A DNA stretch of 64,000 nucleotides from Candidatus Nomurabacteria bacterium (GTDB taxonomy: Bacteria; Patescibacteriota; Minisyncoccia; Phycocordibacterales; UBA918), in the NCBI GenBank assembly GCA_020632015.1, contig JACKGI010000002.1, positions 155,121 to 219,120 on the forward strand, read 5' to 3'. Position 1 is the first letter of the stretch. Each line of letters opens with the position of its first letter. Both the position numbers and the translations under genes were made by a program. This document shows positions 1 to 11,100 of the stretch, piece by piece. The notes below the pieces were generated by a model, which saw nothing but the letters and a program-made list of their open reading frames with translations, did not search any database and was not told the DNA's origin.

Positions 1-2
1 TA

Positions 3-164
3 AATAACGCTGATGAAGTTATTGGCTATGCAGTTGGTTCAGACAAGTTAGAAATTCTTAAAAAACTGGATTCAGAAACCAAAAAGCTAAATGAACGACC
101 AGCTGAACTATTTAACCTATATAAACGCGTACATATATATACTGATCAGGATATTGAGGAATAA
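3..164 (+). CDS. 3' end of an unidentified CDS entering from upstream of the window
   Basis: The frame is open from the window edge to TAA at 162-164 (...HIYTDQDIEE*). No recognisable motif. Confidence 0.3.
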   Translation, partial: NNADEVIGYAVGSDKLEILKKLDSETKKLNERPAELFNLYKRVHIYTDQDIEE

Positions 165-333
165 GGTGATTTTCAGTGGAGGATACTATAGCTATATAAA
201 GCTTATTTGTGCATGTTTGTATGTCGCAAAAGATATATTGTGCGACATATATTAAAGTAGCGAAGCTACTATTAATATAGAAGTGCTCTTCCCTTTGTGG
301 TGGCGACGTTAGGGAGTATTTTAATATATAGCT

Positions 334-1113
334 TTAATCTTCCTCTACCATCACCCCACCCAATAGCTGTTGCAGGACTTTATCATAGTCTGGTCGATGT
401 TCAGTTAGATGTATCTTTCTCTCACTCCCCCTCGACAATTTAGATTCAATCTCAGGGTGCGCCAGCAAATATGTTTTAAGTTTATTTGGAATAACTTCAT
501 CCTGTGAGATTATTTTTTTATTAGGAAACTTTTTTCGAAGTTCTTGCTTGAGTTTAGTGTAATGTGTACAACCTAAAACCACAACTTCTCTCCCCTCCCC
601 ATAGGTCTCTATTGTGTCTGAAGCTATTTCTTCGGCCGCGATGATATTTCCTTTTTCTATCAAGGGTACCAACTCAGGTACGGCGACTGTTTTTAAAGTC
701 CCCTTATGTTTGAGTTTATGTAATTCTTTTTCATACTTACCTGATGTTGCTGTACGTGCCGTACAAAGCAAAAGTGCACTTTTCTCCACTTTAACCATTT
801 CTTCGATTGTCGGAATAATTACCCCTAGGACTTTTCTGTCTGGATATCTCAACGGTAAGTATTCATTCTGTATTTTTCTAGCAGTATCAGCGGAAGCTGA
901 GTTACACGCAATTATTACTAACGAACACCCTTCCTTAAATAAATAATCCATTGCTGTAGTAGCAAGAAAATATATCTCCTCTTCACTCTTGTCACCATAC
1001 GGAAGATTCGCCGTATCTCCATAATAGTAATAATCGTACATTGGTAATTCTTTTGCCACTGCTTTTAAGATTACCAATCCCCCTAGGCCTGAATCATAGA
1101 ATCCGATTTTCAT
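334..1113 (-). CDS. murI: Glutamate racemase
   Basis: FYDSGLGG, IIACNSASA and LGCTHY motifs. I placed the start at MKIGFYDSG (1113) because the 1140 ATG overlaps the stop of the preceding gene. Confidence 0.9.
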   Translation of the reverse strand: MKIGFYDSGLGGLVILKAVAKELPMYDYYYYGDTANLPYGDKSEEEIYFLATTAMDYLFKEGCSLVIIACNSASADTARKIQNEYLPLRYPDRKVLGVIIPTIEEMVKVEKSALLLCTARTATSGKYEKELHKLKHKGTLKTVAVPELVPLIEKGNIIAAEEIASDTIETYGEGREVVVLGCTHYTKLKQELRKKFPNKKIISQDEVIPNKLKTYLLAHPEIESKLSRGSERKIHLTEHRPDYDKVLQQLLGGVMVEED

Positions 1114-1129
1114 AAAATACAAGCAATTC

Positions 1130-4100
1130 CTACCCTCCACCTAATTCGTATAAGCGGATAACATCTTCCTGATTTAAAACCCTACGATAAACTCGGATAT
1201 CATCTAAGAGGCCGTAGAATTGCGTATATGTAGAACCCGAGCTACCAGTTGCTCCGATATAAAGAGGGTCTGCATCATCCGTAATTGACCCTTGTTGGCC
1301 GGTTATACTCCCACCTCCATCTTCTACCCCATTATGATAGTAAGTTACGTTGCCATCACGATCAAAAGTCGCTACTACATGATGCCACCCTGGCTCGTCA
1401 TAGTCCGATGAATCTGAGTAAGTCACTGTTTGCCCACTACCCGAACAGTCATCACAAATATAAGTGTCTAATTTTCCAGCCGTTTCGTTAATTCGTATAT
1501 GTAAACCAATAGAAGCTCCTCCGCCTCTTGAGCCCGCAATGGCTTGTTGAGATGTGGGACTGGTTGAGTTGTACCAAAACGACCAAGAAAAATCATCTGT
1601 CCCTAAATTTAAGGCTGTGCTACTAGCTAGTCTGATAGGGTTATCAGAACCGCCTGAACGCAAATGTATTGCTTGGCCAAGCTTACCGGGTTTGGTGGCA
1701 TTGTTGGGAGAGCCTATCCAGTCACCATAGAAATTAGGGTTATCGGAGGCATCTCGAATTTCCGCGGTGCTACTTGAACTATCAATGGTTGGCCCATCGA
1801 AAGTCCAATGGGCAATCAGGTCTTGTTCAAGAATATCTATCGTATCCAAAGTTTTAGCAATATTTGTAGTGGCGCCAAGCTCGTAAAGACGCTGGATTTC
1901 TTCAGCGGTAACCGCTCGGTTATAGATGCGGATGTCATCAAGAACACAGTTGCAAGTATTAGTTAAATCTCCCCGACGACCGATATCTAGAATTGAAGGT
2001 GTAATATTATCTATAGTAGAGGCATCAGCTATAGTACCAATCTGAACCCCATTAAGATAACGTGTCATAGTATCATCAGCGCGATTCAAAACCACCATAA
2101 TATGATTCCATTCATCAAAATTCGCTGTTGCCCCATCGTTTTCTCCAATAGTGTCGGTACTATCATCCATATAAGCATTAATTTCTCCATTTTCTTGGAC
2201 TTCAACACCAAAGTTCCAACCACTACCATAATGAGACACTATAGTACTACGATGATCGTCATAAAATGGTTGTATCCACCCTCCATAACTAAAACTATCT
2301 GAAGAGGTGAAATCATAGTCTGACTCATTGGTTATATTCACTTGATCATTACTTGAACCATTCATGTATATCCCCTGCCCCAAAACCCCAGGTCTTACAA
2401 TCTGAGTCGTTGCTTGCCAATCGCCATCATTGCCCGAAGGTGAGCTATCTATTACCTCGGCGGAACTAGCGGAAAAATCCATATTCGGTCCGTCGAAAGT
2501 CCAGTGACCAATTAGACCATTTTCTAAAGAGTCATTGGTGGTGATGGTGGTGGCTATGTGTGTAGTGGCGCCGAGTTGATATAAGCGCTCTACTTCCCCA
2601 CTCGATAACTCACGACTATAAAAGCGGACATCATCCATACTACCATTTAGATAAGAGCCGACCTTAGCAATCGTAGTAGAAGTAGCATCCACGGCGGTAG
2701 GAGTAGTAACGACAATATGATGCCACCCCCCATCACTTGGCACGGTAGTGGTTGCTACCCCATTCACATAATAAGTCGGACTAGTGATAGCAGTGGTGCT
2801 AGCTGATCCATTATCTAATTTAATACTAGTAGCGTCATTACTGGCTGCCAGAGGAGAGTAAGTGATCACAATAATCCCTTGTCCAGCCGTCGACAAATCA
2901 CACTCGCCAGTATCGATAGTACCAGAGTAACCACAACCACCAGCACCACCTCCATAAGGCCCACCGTCACCACCGTCTTTATCACCAGTTGCACCACTTC
3001 CTCCAGCTGAACCTCCGGCCCCGCCACCGCCGGAAGGTCCAACGTTAGTATCCCACAGACTTTCAGCGGCTCCGTCACCACCAGGAGCGTCAACACTACC
3101 AGTGGTACGTCCAGCACCACCTCCACCTCCGCCAGAGCCAGCAGTAGCATTACCTCCCGGATTTTGGTCAGCACCACCGGCACCACCGCCAGAGCCACCA
3201 TTACCGTCTCCACCATCGGCACCAGGTTGACTAGTAGCATTAGAACCAGCGGTTGAAGAACCACCATTGGAACCACCACCTCCACCACCACCAATACCAG
3301 TGGCACTAGCCCCATCATCTCCATCTTTACCAACTCCCGACGGTCCAGCTGAACCACCACCAGCTCCACCAGCCGCAGCCGAGCCATCGACCCCAGCGTC
3401 TCCTCCGTCACCACCGTCATAGTTTGCAGCAGCACCAGTACCACCAGTACCTCCAGTACCTCCAGTACCTGCCGAGGCATTACTACCATTTTTAGCTTCC
3501 ATCACGATACTACCACCGCCACCAGCGCCGTTTTTCACCCACGCGCCATCAGCTCCACTGCCGTCACCGCCGGCTGGAATATTTATGTCGACAGTAGAAT
3601 TGGCAGTCAAAGACACATTGGTAGCGGCGCGGTACTCACCTCCACCACCACCAGCCCCAGCCCGAGTGTTACTGACTGATGCGCTACTAGCACCACCGGC
3701 CCCAATACCTTCAATGGTATTATCAGAAGAATTCCAGTCACTCGGCACACTCCAAGTCGAGCCTGAAGTGATGTAGCCCTGACACTCCCCTCCCCCAATA
3801 TCAGACCCATAGCCACAACCTCCGCCACCACCACCGGTAGCACTACCGTTTAGCTTGATTAAATCTGCGGTAGTACTGTCGGTCTTGACCCAAAAAGCCA
3901 CCGTCTTAACATTAGACCCGATATCTCCGACATCTACATAGTCATCTGAGCCATCAAATTCAAGGGCTTGACCTAAAATTCCTGAAGTTTGCACAGCAGA
4001 ATCAACTGTTGCAGTAACTCTATTAACATTACCGGAGTCGGATATTGCTACGTAACGACCTTTTCCAAAAGTGAGACCGTTCCATTCACGCCCTTCGACT

Positions 4101-5158
4101 GCACTTGAAGTAGCCCAAGTGATACCATCATCAGAAATCCCTACAACAGTATCGGCAAAGGTAAGGGCTAAGAACTGCCCTCCAGCATAGACTACTTGAC
4201 CCCAAGTATAATCATCTATCGAACGGGAGGTCCAAGTCTCCCCATCTGGTGAAGTCATCACTCGATTACCTCCTGAAGTAGTATTGCAACCAGCATCTGT
4301 ATTGTAACCACAAGCAACAGCCACAAATAGACCTTCACCATAAGTGACATCATGCCAATAGTTTTGCTCTGCCGCAGAAGCATTTGACCAGCTAGCTCCA
4401 TCATCAGAATACATAACCCTATTAGTGCCATCTCGTGAAATAGCCACAAACCGCCCATTACCATAAGTAATACTAAAATTACTATTGGAGTTTGATCCAG
4501 TTTCTAAGGTCCAATTAATCCCGTCTGTGGATGTCATCACATTACTCCCCCCACTAGTAGCCACAAATAAGCCACCGCCGTATGTCACGGCCCTCCAACC
4601 TGTAGTACCACCTACAGAAGTACCAGACGCCCAATTTATTCCGTCGTTAGAATACATTACTCGATCTGTGGTTCCTCCATCATTTGACACAGCTACAAAT
4701 ATTCCTCCACCGTACGTTACAGATTGCCAAGAGTTAGCTGCTGCAGCTGAAGTGGTTGCCCAATTTATTCCGTCATCTGAATAAATAACGCGGTTGGTAC
4801 CATCATCAGCCACCGCTACAAAACGACCGCCACCATACACTACGTCATTCCAACCATTGTTTTCTAAAGCACTGTATGTTGACCAATTCTCAGTATCAAC
4901 CAAATGGCCTTTATTAGCGATAGCGCTACTGTCGGTAGGCGAGGCGACGGCTCTTGTGGTATCGGGGCCGTCGAAAGTGTAGTGAGCAATCAGGCCATTT
5001 TCTAGATTTTCATTGGTAGTTAAAGTTAGACCAAAGGTGGCTAGACCAAGCGCTTTGTAGGAAATATATGGTAGCGAAATAAGCAAAACTACCCCGAGCA
5101 TGATTAACACTTTAGTCGTGGGAGAAAATTTTTTTACACTGTTCGGCGTGAAGGTCAT
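1130..5158 (-). CDS. Large secreted or membrane-anchored protein. It has propeller-like DGINW/YGGGxFVAV repeats, a Gly-rich domain of about 330 aa, and three LamG/concanavalin-like modules.
   Basis: 1342-aa ORF with an N-terminal hydrophobic anchor. The unit W..V.YGGG.FVAV....G..RVMYS.DGINW recurs repeatedly. LIAHWTFDGP...DD(I/V)R(I/F/V)Y.R...E(I/V).RLYELGATT occurs three times (Laminin_G_3-like). The central block is GGxGG-rich and is preceded by STWSVPSDW. Confidence 0.8.
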   Translation of the reverse strand: MTFTPNSVKKFSPTTKVLIMLGVVLLISLPYISYKALGLATFGLTLTTNENLENGLIAHYTFDGPDTTRAVASPTDSSAIANKGHLVDTENWSTYSALENNGWNDVVYGGGRFVAVADDGTNRVIYSDDGINWATTSAAAANSWQSVTYGGGIFVAVSNDGGTTDRVMYSNDGINWASGTSVGGTTGWRAVTYGGGLFVATSGGSNVMTSTDGINWTLETGSNSNSNFSITYGNGRFVAISRDGTNRVMYSDDGASWSNASAAEQNYWHDVTYGEGLFVAVACGYNTDAGCNTTSGGNRVMTSPDGETWTSRSIDDYTWGQVVYAGGQFLALTFADTVVGISDDGITWATSSAVEGREWNGLTFGKGRYVAISDSGNVNRVTATVDSAVQTSGILGQALEFDGSDDYVDVGDIGSNVKTVAFWVKTDSTTADLIKLNGSATGGGGGGCGYGSDIGGGECQGYITSGSTWSVPSDWNSSDNTIEGIGAGGASSASVSNTRAGAGGGGGEYRAATNVSLTANSTVDINIPAGGDGSGADGAWVKNGAGGGGSIVMEAKNGSNASAGTGGTGGTGGTGAAANYDGGDGGDAGVDGSAAAGGAGGGSAGPSGVGKDGDDGASATGIGGGGGGGSNGGSSTAGSNATSQPGADGGDGNGGSGGGAGGADQNPGGNATAGSGGGGGGAGRTTGSVDAPGGDGAAESLWDTNVGPSGGGGAGGSAGGSGATGDKDGGDGGPYGGGAGGCGYSGTIDTGECDLSTAGQGIIVITYSPLAASNDATSIKLDNGSASTTAITSPTYYVNGVATTTVPSDGGWHHIVVTTPTAVDATSTTIAKVGSYLNGSMDDVRFYSRELSSGEVERLYQLGATTHIATTITTNDSLENGLIGHWTFDGPNMDFSASSAEVIDSSPSGNDGDWQATTQIVRPGVLGQGIYMNGSSNDQVNITNESDYDFTSSDSFSYGGWIQPFYDDHRSTIVSHYGSGWNFGVEVQENGEINAYMDDSTDTIGENDGATANFDEWNHIMVVLNRADDTMTRYLNGVQIGTIADASTIDNITPSILDIGRRGDLTNTCNCVLDDIRIYNRAVTAEEIQRLYELGATTNIAKTLDTIDILEQDLIAHWTFDGPTIDSSSSTAEIRDASDNPNFYGDWIGSPNNATKPGKLGQAIHLRSGGSDNPIRLASSTALNLGTDDFSWSFWYNSTSPTSQQAIAGSRGGGASIGLHIRINETAGKLDTYICDDCSGSGQTVTYSDSSDYDEPGWHHVVATFDRDGNVTYYHNGVEDGGGSITGQQGSITDDADPLYIGATGSSGSTYTQFYGLLDDIRVYRRVLNQEDVIRLYELGGG

Positions 5159-5175
5159 GGTTACAGAATAAATAT

Positions 5176-8100
5176 TTAAACGGTCGGTTCGGGGTCGGCC
5201 GGCGGAGGCGTAGCCTCCGCCGGTTCTTCTACCACCGGCTCTTCAGTATCTTCGACTGGGTCAGCACTTGGCTCTGGGTCGGGGGTGTCTCCTCCAGCAC
5301 CACTATCAGCCTGACTACCATCCCCTTCACCACTCACCTCTTCCCCGCCAGCACCATCAGAAGTTCCGTTGTCTGAGTCAGGGTTAGAGGTTTCATCTGA
5401 AGAACCTCCTCCAGATGTACCACCTTCATCAGTCACAACTTCCACGACTATCACGGTACGGGTAATCGCGGCGTAGCTACCATTGCTGTCCAATACTTCA
5501 TAGCCAATTTCATATTGAGTAGGAGTTGAAGTATCTAGATTGATATTGTCTACCGCTACCCCATCAACAGTTTCGATATAGCCATAGGATTGATCAGACG
5601 CCCCACTTACTGTTACTCCAGCATCAGAATACTGAGCCCCTACTATTACCTCAACTGGATTTAGTCCGTTTAGAGTGAGAGAAATTTCATTTATCTCCTC
5701 TTCTGATCCACCACCACTATTTTGATCATTACTTGAGCTATTATCTACTGAATCAGCACTATCAGTGTTTGCTGTATTAGAACTTGGTGTAGCTAAGTTT
5801 AGACTGTCACAAGTGCCAGCTTGTGAAACCTGTTCGCCGTTGGCGATATACATACAGTATGGTTCACCAGTCACCGTATCATAAATAGTGATACCAGCTG
5901 GAGTTTCTTGTGAACCAATCACGAGACCAAGTAGTGACAATACCCCATCTTTGAAGTTGGCTGCTAAGGTAGCCAACTTGCCCCAGAAACTATCTTCCTC
6001 GAGTTCGATAGTGCTAGAAGCTGAGTAGAAATCAAAGTCTGTGATATAAAGTGGAGTTCGTTCCACAAACACGACAATGGTACCAGTAGCAACACCACTC
6101 TCTTCCTCAAGATCAGTTTCCGGTACGTCTGCGGTGATTGTATCAGTAGAAGAAGCAGTTGATGAAGCTTTGACCTTCTTACCATTAACTGCTTCTTCTA
6201 CATCAAAACCATTGTCTTCAAGCACACCCACTGTAGTTTCCATTGAATCATCAGTACCTTCCGATACTTCGTTCTTTATATCGACAGGTGAGAAACTTTC
6301 AAGTGCGACACCGACAGCCATACCAGGTTTATTGGCCTTCATAGCATACCCTGGCATCGTGTCAGACAGCATCACATAGTCCCCTGGAGAAATTACTCCA
6401 GCTTCATCAGTCACCTTGACTGGTACACGTCCAGAAAGTGCTACTGGTACTTTCTCAAATTCAGCTAATTCACTTGAACCAAATCCGCCAAGCAAGACTC
6501 CCGGTTCTGTAGATATGATACCGAGCACAGTTGGAGAATTAGTAACATCTGCTTTCTCTACTAAAGGAACAGAAGAGAGGTCAGTTTCTGTACAGCGAAC
6601 TTCCCCGTTTTCGTCAACTTCAGTACATACTTCCTGGAATTTTGGAGCAAGTGCCACTAGTTCACCTGCTTCTAAGCTTGTATCAAGAGTTGGGTAATTT
6701 TCCGCAAGGTCGATTGCAGTTACTGAACTAGACTCAGCGTATATTGTTCCCGCTGTTCGGGCAGCATCATCACAGTTTGAACCGCCGTTATCATCGACAC
6801 ATAGTGCACCACCACCAATAATCAAAGAGTTATCCGGAATATTTGATGAACCTAGAACTGCGGATGAAGTTGTACCCACAAACACTCGTGTATTTTGAAT
6901 ACCACCACTTCCATCAGCTTCACCATATACAGTCAAAAGTTCATTAGCATCGATTTGTGCTGAATAAGCCATTACGTCACCGACAGTCGATGAAGCTGAA
7001 ACATCTAAATCAATCCAACTTACCCATCCTGCATCTTGCTCAAATTCCACATTTCCTAAGTCTAGTCTTTCGATAGAAGTTTTATTAAGTGCCAAATCAT
7101 AGTAGAAAGCACCATTATTAATATCGATATTTCCATCGCTAGAAATTGACAGATATGAAAGACCGCTAGATGAAGCCACATTGAAGATGTCGTCAGTTGA
7201 GCCTTCAGTACCTGCGATTGTGAGCTTCGCAGATGGTGTAGTTGTACCAATACCGACTGCCAAATTAGTTACTCCGCCAGAGCCGTCTGATTTACCATAC
7301 AAGGTTAGCAAGCTATTTCCATCAAGTGAGGCTGTGTAACTCAAAACTGTATTTACAGCTGAACTTGCAGTCACATTCATGTCGACCCAAGAAACCACCC
7401 CTGCATCATCAGCAAAATTAACGTTTCCTAGTAAGAGGTTAGCGATACTGGTTTGGTTATTTGTTGAGTCGTAAGAAATGGCTCCATTATTAACATCTAA
7501 GTCGCCGTTACTTGAAATTGAGAAGTAAGAGTACCCGCTAGACGAAGCCACGTTGAAGATGTCGTCAGTTGAGCCTTCAGTGCCTGCGATTGTAAGTTTA
7601 CTTGAGGGAGTTGAGGATCCGATACCGAGGTTGGTGCCATCATAAACAAAGGTAGAGTCGAATGATAGTGCGCTACCTGAAACAAATGGAATAGCTGAGG
7701 CAGTGTATGAGCCTGGTGTGTCAGTGAGACCAAGGAAGGTGCCGTTGCCTAGGCCTAGAGTAGAGGTGGCTACGTTAGACCAAGCTGAACCTGTCCATGA
7801 GAGGAGGTCGCCAGTGATTTCTGACATTGAAGCGACATCAGACAAAGCTTCAATTGAGTCGTCTGATAGGTCATCTGCAGAGCGTGACGTTTGCTGGGTC
7901 TCCCAGTAGTCAGCTGAAGAAGTTGAGAAGCTGTTTGCTAGATAATAGCTTCCCTCTTGTCCATCGAAGGTTCCTGTCCAGTTACCTGACTTTGTAATAT
8001 AGGAATCACCGATAGCTGCTCCATTCCAAGTTGCGTTGGTTATTACACCATTTGTTACATCCCAAGTATTAGATGAAATATCAATTCTGTCTCCACCGTC

Positions 8101-11100
8101 GCCGATAGTCAGTGTACCGAGAGTGGTCCATGTGCTGGCTGAAGAAATATTGTTTGAACCAATTGTTCCACCAGCAACTGTTAGAACATCTGATACTTCG
8201 TTGTCAGCCCATGGGTTTGCAGTGTTAACCCAGTTTGATGAAATAGTCTTTACACCGGTAAATGTTTGAGTTGAACCTAATGTGGCGATAGTGTCTGTGG
8301 TATCGGCACCATTTAAGTCAGGCAGTAGGTATAGTTGTTCATTATTATCAGCAGTTGAGCCCTCACAAATAAATCCGCCTCCTGAAGTTGTTTTAGCAAA
8401 GTAACATTCATCTACCAATAATCCTGGGTTACTGGCAAGAGTTAGAGAGTAATCAATGTCGCCAAACGCCACAACATCATTTGCAATAGCCAGAGCTCCA
8501 GAGCCAGTCACGTCACCAGTGTGAGTGGCATTATCTAAGTAGTATGTTCCTTCTTGTCCGTCGAAGGTTCCAGTCCAGTCACCCGTCTTAGTTAGGTAAG
8601 CGTCCCCAATCGCCGTTCCCTGCCAAACCCCTGAGGTAATAGTGTCGCCAGCTTCCCAGAACTGAGTCACGTCAGACAAAGCCGCATATAGTCCAGCTTC
8701 GTTATTTAACTCCCCTTCAAAGGCCGCGTCAGCCGCTGCGATTGAGTAGAAGTCAGTACCCGCTTCGAGGTCAAGTAGGGTGCGCATCGCCGCGTAGTTA
8801 GCAGCTGAAACTAATGATTGAGCGTTAGCTGATGGTGAGATACCAGCCCAAGTAGTGAGGTCAGCGTCGTAAGCTTGGACGTTGGTACCAACCACCAATG
8901 ATAGATCGCTTCGTACCTCTCCAGCATCACGCCAGACGAAGTTGCCACCGGTGTTGTCATACTGCAAGAAGTCACCATCAACTGCTCCATTATCAGCGTT
9001 AAGGTCAGCTTCAACGATTGAGTCGGCAGCGATTGAAGTAGTGATTGAGGTAGCACCAGTACCAGTCACGTCACCAGTTAGAGTGATAGTTTGGTTGCCA
9101 GTTAGGTAGGCGGCATCAAGTGAACAAGTGGTACCGTTGCAGGTAAAGTCGCCGAAGTCTTCGCTGGCTAATTCATTAGCGTTAATGGTACTGCCAAGGA
9201 TTGAAGTATTAGCATTGTACCCTTGGATGGTTGTACCGATATCTGAATCAAGAGCAAAGGCTGAACCTTCAATACCATCAAGGGTACCTGTCCAGTCGCC
9301 CGAGACGAAGTTAGCGTAGGTAATCTTGCCTGAACCATTGTCAGTGATATCCACCATGCTGATGAAGTCACCAGTCGCGATTGAAGTTTCGGTGGTTAGT
9401 TCGTTTAGATCAAGGGTAAAGTCGTTGGCGGTAATGTCGATACCCACGCCACCTGTAGCGTTAGTGTCGTCGGTAATATCAAGTTTATTTAAAGTGATTT
9501 GTTGGCCAGATAGAGTTAGGTAGTTTGGTGTACCAGCTAGTGTAACGTTGGTTGAGTTGTCGGTACCAGCGGCATCAACTCCAAGTGAAGTTCTAGCGGT
9601 AGCGCCACTCTCCCAAGCCAAAGTACCAGCCGCGGTTGAAACTAAGAACTGGTCAGCGATGGTGTTAGCACCAAGAGTGTTTATGTCTTCAAGAACACCA
9701 GTCGTGGTTAGTCCACCAGCGGCTTGAGTTAGACCACCAGCACCAGTCACAGTTAGTTGGTCACCAGTTAGGGTAATACCGTTGCCGACGGTGAGGTTGG
9801 TTTCTGAGGAGATGTCCCAAGTAAACGGCAAAGTACCTGAGTTAACGAGGTTGTTCTTAGGCACAGATGTATCGTCGGTAATGTATCCAACTAATGAGTG
9901 ATCACCCCAGTTGAAAGCGGTTGTCCAGTTGCTAGTTGAAGCGGTTAACGGAATTTCGTAACCAGCAGTCTGGGAGAAGACACCCGTACCTGAGGTGTAT
10001 GTGATACCGGTAATAGTTTCTGAGATAGCGTCTCTAGCTCGCGTGTTGGTGAAGTATTGGTTGGTACCTTCAGTCAAATCGGTAGTAGTGTTATCAGAAA
10101 GGTCATCGTCATCTAGCGCTCCATCATTATTAGTGAAGACATTAGTCACGCCCACTAGTTGGCTTTCGAGTTCAGCTTCTGAGTCGAGTTCAGTTTCCAT
10201 CAAGAAGGTAGAAGTTGATACATCAACCCAGTTTGAACCATCGAAGCTTAGTAGGTCGCCGCCGGTAGCGCCAGCTACGTCAGTGTCGGTTAGTCCGGCT
10301 AGAGTCACGCTAGTAGCGGAACAGTCTTGCCATTCCCAAGTGTCGCCAGTAGCTTCATAAGTTAGACAGTATTCATCAGCTCCAGCTTGACCAGTTGAGA
10401 GTACGTTATCTGGAGACACAATATCATTAGCGGTAATTGATGAACCAGCTCCTAGAGTTAAACTATCACTTATATATGTATCCAAAATCGCCGTTCCCTG
10501 CCAAACCCCTGAGGTAATAGTGTCGCCAGCTTCCCAGAACTGAGTCACGTCAGACAAAGCCGCGTATAGTCCAGCTTCGTTATTCAACTCCCCTTCAAAG
10601 GCCGCGTCAGCCGCTGCGATTGAGTAGAAGTCAGTACCCGCTTCGAGGTCAAGTAGGGTGCGCATCGCTGCGTAGTTAGCAGCTGAAACTAATGATTGAG
10701 CGTTAGCTGATGGTGAGATACCAGCCCAAGTAGTGAGGTCAGCGTCGTAAGCTTGGACGTTGGTACCAACCACCAATGATAGATCGCTTCGTACCTCTCC
10801 AGCATCACGCCAGACGAAGTTGCCACCGGTGTTGTCATACTGCAAGAAGTCACCATCAACTGCTCCGTTATCAGCGTTAAGGTCAGCTTCAACGATTGAG
10901 TCGGCAGCGATTGAAGTAGTGATTGAGGTAGCACCAGTACCAGTCACGTCACCAGTTAGAGTGATAGTTTGGTTGCCAGTTAGGTAGGCGGCATCAAGTG
11001 AACAAGTGGTACCGTTGCAGGTAAAGTCGCCGAAGTCTTCGCTGGCTAATTCATTAGCGTTAATGGTACTGCCGAGGATTGAAGTATTAGCATTGTATCC

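Noticed and set aside
2866-3843. ORFs 2866..3489(-), 3585..3776(+) and 3607..3843(-), with Val/Leu- or Pro-rich translations
   Set aside because: These are off-frame translations of the GGN-rich glycine block of the 1342-aa protein, and so compositional artefacts.
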